From NCBI RefSeq assembly GCF_025526975.1, contig NW_026515668.1, positions 496,001-560,000 of the forward strand: DNA of 64,000 bases, read 5' to 3'. Positions 52,601-62,747 of the stretch are shown here, piece after piece. This DNA comes from Fimicolochytrium jonesii. Taxonomy: Eukaryota. The notes under the pieces are model-generated. The model did no database searches. It was not told the origin of the DNA and saw nothing but the letters and a program-made list of their open reading frames with translations. Numbering within the stretch: the first letter of the stretch is position 1; every line of letters begins with the position of its first letter. Both the position numbers and the translations under genes were made by a program.

Positions 52601-55600
52601 ATCTGCAAGATCCCACTGTTGTAGTGCCGTAAGAGCCAGCTGATGTGAGGCAGATGGACGCCCGAATGCAGTGAATATGCCGTTCACGGTTGCGTCCTTT
52701 GCCGAATAAATTGTGTGATTGGCGTTGACGGCATGCAGTATATCCTGCAAGCTGGCTATTGATGATGATGCAGAGGTATTATTCGGCGAACATCGAATGG
52801 TGCCGTCCTGAGCTACAGTGACGGTAGGTGCAGTCTGGTGTGCATTGAGAAATGCCATGGCACTGGTGAGTCCCGAGAACAGGCGCAGTGTGACCGCATG
52901 TAGGAATGCCATAATGCGATTGAGTTTCGCCACGTCCCTCAATCGCTCCAATGCAATCTGTTCTGTGAAGCCGCCTTCGTCTTCCCTCAATGCCTTTGCT
53001 TCCTTACTTCCAGATCCCATGCCGAGCCCTTCCATTCTACGCGCCCTCACAGTCACAGGAGCACTGATGGATCGAGCGATGAAGCCCGCATCCGCAAATC
53101 TGCTGCCAATCTCCCCGGCGGCACCTATGCGTGCCACCCCATGCTTTAGCCGAGTAACTTCCTCTGGGGTAATAGTGATCTCCTCCTGAAACGGCATGGT
53201 CTGAAATGCTTTACGACATAGCGACATATCAGATGAGCCCATCAACTCCTTCGCCTTCTTTCGATCTAAGAACTGATTCCCCCCGAGCCTAGCCTTCCAG
53301 AACTTCTTGATGTCCGGAAGATACGGCACCATCTGAAAAGGAAGCATCGTGTCGGCGTCCGCGACCAGCTGTTCCCATGCCTTCCACATGCGCAGGATGC
53401 GGAACTTTGGTCGGAGGTGTTGGTAAAGGCTTTCATGGAGATCCGCGGCTCCCCACTGCGGTATGAAGCCCAGGACCCGTGCTTGCAACTCCGTAAATGT
53501 GCGAACAATCAAGGCCATGATTCTCCGTAACGTCGCGTCGTCTGCAAACTTTGTGCTCTTCCCCTTTCTCTGACGCGGCTTGTAGTTGTGGAGGATACCA
53601 TCGATATGGAGCACATCCCCCATGTGGCGAGCAAGAAGCGCGGGGTGGAAAAGGGGGATGATGGTGACGGGTCCCGTTGACGGGTCAAATATGTGCTCGG
53701 GCAATGCGGAGTTTTCGCTTTGAATGTAGTATCTCTCTCCAAAGTTGTATGCTACTGATCGCCCATATGTCACAACAATCTTGACATCCAAGCCGGCGAT
53801 TTTGCAAAGAAGGAGGGCCGTGCTGTTCAGCCCTTTCATAACTAATGGGTCGATTCCGGGTGCGGGTGGTGTCGGCTCTGATGAGGCCGGAACGGCAAAC
53901 GTGACATGACGTTTTTGAGCCCCGGTATACTGCGATGAAGTGTCGGGTCCAGTTGGCTCGCATCCCGGGGGAGTCTCTGATGGCGGGGCATTGGATCCGG
54001 TAGTTGAGGAAGGTGGGCCACCCCCGCGTACGCTGTTTCTGGATTCGGCGGGCTGAGTGGGCTCGCATCCCGACGAAGTGGATGATGGCGGGACATCTGA
54101 TCCGGTAGTTGAAGAAGGTGGGCCACCCCCGCGTACACCACTCCGAGATTCCCACCTAGGTTCCGTCGGCTCGCATCCCGACGAAGTGGATGATGGCGGG
54201 ACATCTGATCCGGTAGTTGAAGAAGGTGGGCCACCCCCGCGTACGCCACTCCTAGATCTGAGCCTGCCCCCGCCTACGCCACTCCTAGATTCCCACCTTG
54301 GTTCCGTCGGCTCGCATCCCGACGAAGTGGATGATGGTGGGACATCTGATCCGGTAGTCGAGGAAGGTGGGCCACCTCCCGCCGGTCCAATGCGGTGCGA
54401 CGGCATCCTCCCGATGGACGACATCCTAGTTGATGTAGTGGCAACTGTATTGTTTGGCGTGGAGGGGCTCCCGCTGTCCTCACATTCTCGTTCTTGTATC
54501 TCCTCATCTATCGTTCCTGGTTTGGGTTCCGGTAGAACATCTTTACCGCGAGGGTTATTACCGGGATGGCGTTTGAGGGCACTGCAGTACCAGGACTGCT
54601 CGAGTAACAGATGAACGACGTGATTCCCAGGCTTGCACAAACCAATATGCTTTGGAGCATCCGTAAACTTCTTCAGAAAGCGTCCAGTAAACGTACGCTT
54701 GTTGATGCCATATTTAGCTTTGACTGGGCAGAACAGCATCTCGATGACAGTCGGTAGCATCGGTTGGGCGGGAATGTCCATTCTCAGGGCATTGACAGTC
54801 TGCAAAGTCCGTGCAAACGGAAATGGAAACCCGAGATGCCTGTCGATGAGGGCGCATGCTTCTTCGATCTGCCCCTCTTCAAGTTTCCTCAGCTCCAATT
54901 GCAACTCGTGTAGCATATGGATGGCGTCCGGGTGCTTGACAAACGTCCAAAAGAGTGGTGCATATCGCTGACATTCCATGGGGGACGGGACAAGACCCTC
55001 ACCATCCAGGCATTGCAGCGTCCCGCCCATTGTGGTGAAGTCTGCCAGGTTTTGTGATTTAAGGTTGTATATGTGGGAGCCCTACGACGGGCGTTTGGTC
55101 AGTATTGTGGGAACACGCGTCAGGTATATGAGATATGAGACTAACCTCTGGCTCGGTGTCGGATGGCACTTTAGTACTTTCAAGCCGTGCCCGCTTGGCA
55201 GCTGCATGCCTCTCACGGTCCCGTTGGTTCCGCTGAAGGCGCTTTTGCTTCTGGTCCTGCAGGGGTCCGTAATTGCACATTAAATTACTTGCAGAACGCC
55301 CCCCTCCGACCATTCAACCAACCTGTGGCTCCTCGTCAGATGTATTAGCGGAATCCGTACCCTGCATCTCCTCAATGGCACTGGTGCTGAACCCCGCCTC
55401 TGCGTCAGGGTTCGTACTCTCAATCCATCCCCGTTTACCCAGCGCACGCGCACGCTGGTCCCGTTGGCGCGTGTTTCTTTGAAGACGCTTCTGTCTCTTG
55501 TCCTAAATATGTTCGGCATATCAGCAAAACATGTCAATGGAACATAACACAACCACAATCAGGCAACTAACCAGTGGTTCATCATCCGAGGTCAAACCGG

Positions 55601-56468
55601 TACCGGGCATATCCTCATTGGCAGGAACGTTGATATCAGTGAAATCCATCCTGTCGTCGTCGCTTCCTCCAACGTCGGATTCGGATTCGGATTGAATTGC
55701 GTCGGAATCAGACAATACCATTGCAAAGTCTGAACCAGGCTCAGGTGAAATGGACCGGGTTTGTATTTCATCGGGTTCTTTGCCGTTGCCCATGTCAAAA
55801 AGATGCCGTAGCTTGGTGTCTGCGGCACGGCGCTTAGCTCTACAGGCGTTTTCAGGTTCTGTGTCGGAACTTACGCGGCGCTTCTTCGATGCTTTCGTTG
55901 CGCGATACCCGCGCACTGTTTCCCACCCATCGTCCACATTGTCCAAGGCTTGAATGGGGTCCCCAGTGCTTTTTTTGACCAGCACATCGTAGTGATTCCC
56001 ATCAAAGGTAAGGAAGTATGTGCTGGCCGCAGGTCCCATTTCCGGCGTGACTTTATGGAAGTAGTAGCCTCCACCTCCATCCGTTGGGGCAATGAACACA
56101 CCGAAGTTGACGAGGTAAAGGTTGGCCAGTGCACCCAGCGTAAGGTCTCGTCCCCACACGCCACCCCTCCCCATGTCCTCAAGAAAATGCTCAAAGCTCA
56201 GCGGTTGACCGTCCCCTTGATACCCTTGATCTTCTTGTTGAGTGGCAAGTAAGGTCCTGTCAAACGCATTCCGATAATTAAGCCGTCCATCAGCCTCCGC
56301 CTCCATATGTTCAATGAGCGCTCTTCTGACGTCGCCGTGTTGCTGTTGGTTGCTCCACAGGCAGAATGCAGCCGCGCGAAACTGGCAGTTCCCATCCCCG
56401 ATAATCCCTAGAGGGCCGCTTCCCCGCGGTAGCGGAAGCCGCACGGCACCGGGATTGTGGCTTGACAT
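49685..56468 (-). CDS. OTU deubiquitinase-Fanzor (TnpB-like RuvC) fusion, ~2194 aa; exons 56468-55572, 55502-55323, 55256-55146, 55081-49685
   Basis: OTU: GDGNCQFRA..WG..NHYD. Three phase-0 GT..AG introns (69, 66, 64 nt) join it in frame to the 1781-aa ORF. C-terminus: ISIDPG (RuvC-I), VLLPTF, SEAWSTQACFKC (shifted Glu plus Zn finger) and CSDINC..MDRDENA (RuvC-III). Confidence 0.85.
53952..54385 (-). repeat. Coding tandem repeat, four copies of GGGPPSSTTGS(D/N)xPPSxTxxGCEPT
   Basis: Near-identical units of roughly 100-135 bp, visible in both DNA and protein, frame preserved. Confidence 0.9.
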
Positions 56469-56670
56469 GTCGGTGAGGGCGTATTATCGGAGTTCGACGG
56501 CGGTTGGGTGAGGGAGGTGAGGGAGAGAGGTGAGGGAGAGAGCTAGCGTCAAAATTCGACAGCCTCTGACGGAGGAAAGTCTCACGCGCATGCTTACCTC
56601 ACAAACAAACATACAGTATCTAACAGTGGAATTACACCCTTCTGGTACTGGATTTGCATTCTGATAACAC

Positions 56671-56742
56671 TGGCGCTTGGCACAGTTGAATCTTGCTTTC
56701 CCTGCAGACGTGCAGGTCGCGAGTTCAATTCCCACTCCCAGA
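56671..56742 (+). promoter_or_regulatory. Degenerate tRNA-like sequence / putative Pol III type-2 promoter
   Basis: A-box-like TGGCACAGTTGA (56678) and B-box GAGTTCAATTC (56721) at tRNA spacing (T8 to G53 = 45 nt). CTGCAGA sits at the anticodon-loop position and AGGTC at the variable loop. Stems are mismatched, so this is not a functional tRNA. Confidence 0.45.
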
Positions 56743-56984
56743 CAACTTCTTTGTTCAGATTATGACCCCTGTCGCACTCGGTGCGGCGTGGTAACTACTG
56801 TCGCGCTCGGCGCTTCGTGGGTGTTAACTGAACAGCACAACTACAATAAGTACCGCAACAGAAAGAGCTACCTTGTCCAATCCTCAAGTCCTTATCCAAG
56901 TTATTGACGGGATGCCTTTTTAGATGTATATGAACATGAACATGTACATAGCGCTTGTGGGTCTTTACAATGTTTTGTTTGCTC

Positions 56985-57116
56985 ATGCATACGTATGCAT
57001 ATGGGAACGTTTATGCATCAATATATGCGTAAATATACGTAAGTTCGTTCTAAGTACGCAGTTTGCATTATGCATGCATAAACGCATGCATAAATTGGAA
57101 CGCGTGGCCCGTAGTG
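56985..57116 (-). mobile_element. CACTA-type terminus with ATGCAT-rich subterminal repeats, ~650 bp upstream of the OTU-Fanzor ATG
   Basis: Minus strand reads CACTACGGGCCACGCG; the first 12 nt are identical to the left TIR at 20054, and the subterminal motif matches the 20054-33786 element. No inverted partner found. Confidence 0.75.
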
Positions 57117-57586
57117 TCTAGATCCGTGGGCTGTTGTTGGCTTTGCGCACGTTGACTCGCGCGGAAGGTTGTTATTGGCTGTTACTCACTCATGTACTGT
57201 ACAGATAACGCTGCGAGGATAACAGGTGAGGCTCACGCTCGCAGGGCTGTGGTTTCGGGAGCGGTCATCGATTTCACGGAAGTCGTTGCAACTCTCAACG
57301 TCCTCCCCTGCGGTACGTACATACGTAAATACTTAAACATCCTTCCCTACATCCTCCCCAGTGCCTGTGCACACACAACCGATGTATCATCGCCTCCTCC
57401 TCACCGATACGGCATAAAGCAAACCCGCTACCTTACAAGCACAACACCGCGACGGCTCCTTCTCTTTTCTGAATTCAATTCTTAACAACAGGTGGGCGAG
57501 GCGACTGACAGCACCGCGCTCGCAGTTGCCGTTGACCAGCATCTGACCTGACCTTCCCGTCTCATAACAGGCATATTCCCAGCATT

Positions 57587-59285
57587 ATGAGCGACTTTGA
57601 CGATTATGACCTGGACTTTCAGTCAGAACCGGAACTGGAATTCGATGTGGAAGACAAAGAGGCTGGCTGGGAATGGGAGGATAAGGCGGAAGACAAGGAG
57701 GAGGAAGAAATGATTGGAAAGGCACTGGAAGCGGCTAAAGCTCTCAGAGAAGAGCACGCAGAACAGAGGCGGATTGAAAAGCTGTGCTGCGAGAACCCGG
57801 GCGACGCCGAGCTAGACACCCTGCGGCCAATCCAGACCGATGCGGATCTCCAAAGGGAGTACACACGGTTTAACGAGTTCCTCTTTGAGTACAACCAGCT
57901 CACCACCAAGGTTGACGTCACGTGGTGGAAGAACATGACGTACCAGCCGGGAAGTTGTGGAGAGCACAGGAACGGGAGTGGGCACTATATCCATCTCAGC
58001 GAGCCAATCATGAAGAAGAAGCCCCGGGTGGAGATTGTGGGGGTCTTGCTGCACTGGCTCCTACACCTCTGGATCCAACTGCACATGAAGAGACCGCCCA
58101 TGGATGACAAAAAGAAGAGGCATAAACACCAATTCCACTCGGCGGTGGAGTGGGTGGAGGCGAGGGTCGATATTGAGATCCCAATCTCCCACAACATCTA
58201 TGCTAAGGACGCTGCGGAGTTGCGTGTTCACAAGTGGCGTTGTACAAGGTGTGGAAGGACCTACTCCTCGGCACGGAATATGGCGCCGAGCAAGTTGAAG
58301 GATGAGGGCAAAGGGTGTAGCCCTTATGCGGCGTGGCACAAAAAGAAGTGCGGCAAAGCAGATGCCTTTGTGAAGACCGCGGATAAGACAGGACCTCTTC
58401 CACTCCCCCCAGGAACCAAGTGGGTATTTGGCATAGTAAAAAGCATACGTTTGCCCAGCGTCTAACCAATCGGTTATCCCAACAGATTCCCAGCCACCGA
58501 TGCGGAAAAGGAGAGGGCCAGGGAGAAGGGGAAAGGAAAGCGGACCGCGGAGGAGGAGAAGACAAGCGGAAAGGACAAGAAGCAGAAGGCCACGGCAACG
58601 ACTGGCCCTTCACAGGCTGTGACCGACGGAGTATATCATGAACGGCAGCGGAAACTGCTTTGCGGATTGCATGCGGTCAACAATGTCCTCCAAGGTCCAA
58701 TATATACTCAAGCAACCATGAACAACATCGGCCGCGCACTGGACATTGAGCGTGGAACAACACCCGCACCCGGAGCCCGAAGCACGTACTGGAGCCCGGA
58801 TGGCAATTACGATGTGGGCGTCCTGGTACGAGCCTTTTCGAATCAAGGCTTGCAAATGGCACAACTGGCGATCAACAACACCTCCACCCCCGCGGACACT
58901 GAGAATGCCTTCATAGTGTACCACAACCACCATTGGGTGGCATACCGTCGTGTTCGTGGCGTGTGGTATAACCTCGACTCCCTTGCACCTACCCACCAGC
59001 GGATGGGCACACAAGAGTTGGTAAGTGCTATTTTGAGGGCACCTTTCTATGATTGAGAGGTTCTTTCAACCATACCTGATGCTGATTGTGATTTCACAGA
59101 ATCACTTGCTTCGCAGGTTGGCCACACGTGGGTTTTATGTTTTCGCGATTCGCGGCGCCCTGCCTACGGCCGCTGCCACTGGTGCTGCCGCCGGTCCTTC
59201 CGCTGCCGCCGGTCCTTCCGCTGCCGCCGGTCCTTCTGCTGCCGCCGGTCCTTCCGCTGCCGCCGGTCCTTCTGGTGCTCAGTAG
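57587..59285 (+). CDS. SprT/Spartan-like (HWxxH, catalytic Glu lost)-Josephin deubiquitinase fusion, ~517 aa; exons 57587-58419, 58486-59020, 59100-59285
   Basis: SprT: YTRFNEFLF..IHLSEP..VLLHWLLH..HKHQF..WRCTRC..HKKKCG. Josephin: YHERQ..LCGLHAVNNVLQ..GNYDVGVL..HHWVAYRRVRGVWYNLDS..GFYVFAIRGALP. Introns 58420-58485 (CTAAC branch point) and 59021-59099 keep the frame. Confidence 0.8.
59184..59273 (+). repeat. 18-bp coding tandem repeat x5 (AAAGPS)
   Basis: GCTGCCGCCGGTCCTTC(C/T) units. Confidence 0.9.
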
Positions 59286-59505
59286 GAAGAGTTGGGTGCA
59301 AGTTAGTGGAACACGAGGGAAGAGGGTATTGCAGAAGTATCTCCATTATCACGGCAGTATTGTGCAGTATTGTGCAGTAGAAGAAATCGGCAGTATCATG
59401 GCAGTATCACAGAAGCAGCAGTATAGCTTTATAGATCTGACACTGCCTCCGGCTTGCTATCGTACTCTTCATCCTCCCAGTTGATTATCATGTTGTTTGG
59501 CGGTA

Positions 59506-60274
59506 AGGGTGCAGTTTAGTGGGTTTTCCGCGCGTAGCCCACCGGATCCCAGAACCCACCAAACTACACTCAAAAAAAAACCCGCCAAACTACACACAAC
59601 CACTTCCTAGTCCTAAGCGGGCCTCTATCTCCTGTTCTTCCGAAATATCCACGTTCTCCCGCTCAATTGCTTCAGTGAATGCCTGGTCGTAGTCTTCTTC
59701 TGCCATTTCCAATTGAAATTCCTCGCGATCTTGGGGACCAAGGGTACTCCTCTGCAGCGCGTAGGGTGGGGCTGGAGAACTGCTCCATGCTGGGCGTGAT
59801 TTTGGGTTTGGAATTGCACCGGCTAGGGTGATTTTGGGTTTGTAAATGCGAGATGGTGGGTCAAACGCGCGCGCAAGCAGTGTACAGTACTGTAGTTTGG
59901 TGGGCTGTGGACGCGCAGTAGAAGCAGTGTACAGTACAACGCGCGGAATTCAAAACTTGTTTCAGACGTTGCGAGGATATGTTTTTCCCCGTGACTTCAC
60001 ATTGTATAACCGTGGAAGAGGATATCACACATGAATTTACGCACCTGATCTCGTTTGACGTGATTTTCTTAACTGTTTCAAGCTTGAGAGGATGCAGATA
60101 TTATGACGTGAGACAGCTGTGAGGAGCACCATCAGAGCTGTTAGAAACAGATGTGGTATGGACATCAGGGGCCAAAACTCGCTCACGACGTGTTGGACCA
60201 GTTGGGGTTGTACGTAGTTTGGTGGGTTCTGGATCGGGTGGGTTACGGGGGCAAAACCCACTAAACTGCACCCT
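59506..60274. mobile_element. Non-autonomous TIR element (MITE-like, ~770 bp)
   Basis: ~60-bp imperfect inverted repeats AGGGTGCAGTTTAGTGGGTTTT..CCAGAACCCACCAAACTAC at both ends. No convincing ORF; TSD not evident. Confidence 0.75.
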
Positions 60275-60333
60275 ACGTAGCCGAAGTGCGCGGTATATAT
60301 AATAGCCCTAACTGTAAGCTATTCGCGCATCTG

Positions 60334-60482
60334 TAACCCTAACCCTAACCCCTTAAATGCGTTGCCTGGCGTCATTGACTAGTCTCAGTCTGGTCTTATG
60401 TCCCTAACCCTAACCCTAACCCTAACCCTAACCCTTATAAGCCGTTACTCTAGGGTTAGGGCGTAACCCTAACCCTAACCCC
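60334..60482. repeat. Interstitial telomere-like (CCCTAA)n clusters, with one inverted TAGGGTTAGGG block
   Basis: TAACCCTAACCCTAACCC at 60334, (CCCTAA)5 at 60402, and TAGGGTTAGGG followed by TAACCCTAACCCTAACC at 60451-60482. Confidence 0.85.
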
Positions 60483-61504
60483 TGTAGATCTAAGTTATGT
60501 TGTGATGATAAAGGACGAATGGGGCGGGGCTTCTTCTGCTTCAGGTGCGTGTGATTGAATAGATTGGCGGGGGGACGTATAATTGACATTGTTGACATTG
60601 TTCGATGGTCCATTGACAAAGGCGTCAATGTCATGAACCAGGAACGTGGAGTAGAGTAGAAGGGACAATTCCCCAGTGGCCGAATACACCTCTCAGGGGT
60701 ACACCTGATACATTTGCGGCGGCTGGAAAAACGGAAAAAGGAACCTCATGGAAGGCCAGTTATCGATCAACTTGGCAAGGAAGGCGGCGAATGACTTCCA
60801 AGGCTTTGAAGCCAAGCATAAAAGGAAGCGGCCGTTGGCATCCCCCCCCTTGTTTCTTCGGGGGAGAGCTCCCCATTGCATATACAACACAACCAACGGA
60901 GACCGCCAGGTATATACCCGCCCTATTCTTCATGAGCGTCGAGAGAGAGAACCGCAAGTCTAACCCATTCCTCTGTTAATACAGTATCAACCCACAGACC
61001 TCGCCTCATAGCGAGAAATGTGCACCGAATACGTGGCGTAAGGACCTCAGTTGTGGGTATGTATGACATTTGAGTGCCGCAGAGTGGTTGTCTTGAAACA
61101 ATGGCTAATGGACGCTACTCTGAACTGGGAATAGGGATGTTCGCACTCGGTCTCGGTTGCCAGTCAAGGTCAATTGGTCAAGACAGAGAGTGAGCCAGAA
61201 TTATGTCGTAGAGATAGTTCTGTGCGTTGGCTGTGGAAAACCCCCCCGTGCACAGCATCCTGCACGTATACCCATAGGATAGCATAGTTAACCCCATACA
61301 GTGCCGAAGGGCATGGGTTTAGTCAGTCTTGTACTGTACACCGGTGATGACGTTATAATCGCACTGCTGACGTGATGGACGCGTTTTGCTTCCGACGTCG
61401 AATTTCGACGGATGCCTGCGATAAGGGAACTCTTGATTTGCATCGCCCGTTCACAGGAGCTGTTGGAGGCATAGATTCTTTGCGTCAATCGCTAATTCAG
61501 TCCA

Positions 61505-62591
61505 ATGTCCTTTCTCAATCTCGAGGACATCTCGTATCTGTCGCTGGCCGGGTTCACGCTGAATGTTGAGGAAAGGTCAGCACTTCGGTCGTCCCTCCAA
61601 GTGAAGAAGGACCAGGAAAAGCTGGATGAAATATGGCTGTGGGGAAAGGTTTTGGGGGTGCAGAGGGATTATTTAATTGCGCAGGCCGTGGGCGATAATC
61701 CGTTTGCCAGGAAGTTCTTCTACAGGTATGGATGATGTAGGCTGCAGAACGCTGAAATGTCTCGGAAGCTGATGAAGCATCTATCCTCTCCAGTATTGAT
61801 CTAGTCAACTGGTTGTTGCTTCCGGAGGTGGCGCCCGCGGATGTTGATAAGGTCAATCAGATTGAAGGACGATTTTCTGGCGACCCGGCTTTCGAGTATG
61901 CTATTGGTGTGTCTCACTACTCCTCATTTGGAAGTTTTACGACGAGCCCCGTACTCACGCCGAAACATGATGGTCATAGCGGACAAAAGTCTACCGGATG
62001 GGGAGCAGGAGGCAACTGTGAATGAAGAGAAGCGTTTAGCGGCTACGGTGGCCTTGATTAACTACGAGACCGAGGTGGTGCCGCGTGGAAGTTACTACCG
62101 TGACAACCTGCACAAACTACGAAAGAACCCCGCTTTCGATGGTAACTTTAGCTGCTTTCGCAGATGCCGACATCGCACATCCGTTTATTGAACCTCATTG
62201 TAATCGATCAGGCATTCCAAGATCTGAGCTCGGGCAGCTTACCAACTACCTTCACTTTCGGGAGGGGTTCAACATCAACAGAAAGACACTACTCGAGCGA
62301 GCGGGCGCTTTTGACGAGAGCATTGATATCTTCGAGAGTATTTCCGGGGACAGTCCGAAAGGTGCGTGCCATCGCCACGCAAATGGCAAGCGCGCTTTGT
62401 ACTGACGAAAGTCAATGGTGATCTCTCCAGGTGTCTGGTCATGCCAAACCGAGCGAATGGGGTCCGTTGTTATCCTGCGGAATCTGCTGTGGCCGGGCTA
62501 TACATTCTTTCATAGCTCCAGTCCGTCTCGCTGGGGATCAATGTACTTTGGAACGGGGCAAAAGAACTTGAACGTTGGGTTCATGTTGTAA
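61505..62591 (+). CDS. RSPH9: Radial spoke head protein 9 (flagellar), multi-exon
   Basis: LWGKVLGVQRDYLIAQ, IEGRFSGDP, EEKRLAA..VVPRGSY, LRNLLWPGYTFFH..MYFGTGQKNLNVGFML. Confidence 0.9.
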
Positions 62592-62747
62592 AGCGCAATA
62601 GATCATTCACATTCATTCAGTCACAATACATGGATTCAACGTGATTGTATCGGCACCTTTCTATTTGCTACATACTTGCTCTCAACTAGCGACTACAACT
62701 CCAAAAGCAAAGTCCTTCAATGGTCTTCCAGATTCCATACGTACGAC

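Noticed and set aside
53952..54385. Regularly spaced repeats near a Cas12/TnpB-like nuclease as a CRISPR-like array
   Set aside because: The units are in-frame coding repeats with no unique spacers.
56671..56742. Functional tRNA-Cys(GCA)
   Set aside because: The acceptor, anticodon and T stems do not pair properly; kept only as a tRNA-like promoter candidate.
57117..57122. Helitron end (TC.. or CTAG)
   Set aside because: No A|T insertion context, no clear subterminal GC hairpin, and no Rep/helicase gene.
59858..59870. 13-nt match GGGTCAAACGCGC to the CACTA right-end sequence
   Set aside because: Lacks the CACTA terminus, and CGCG-rich motifs are common in this window; probably chance.
60495..60979. 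Short ORFs right of the telomere-like repeats
   Set aside because: Under 75 codons, overlapping on both strands, no recognisable motif.
61088..61100. RFX X-box-like GTTGTCTTGAAAC upstream of RSPH9
   Set aside because: Imperfect match that cannot be distinguished from chance by eye.
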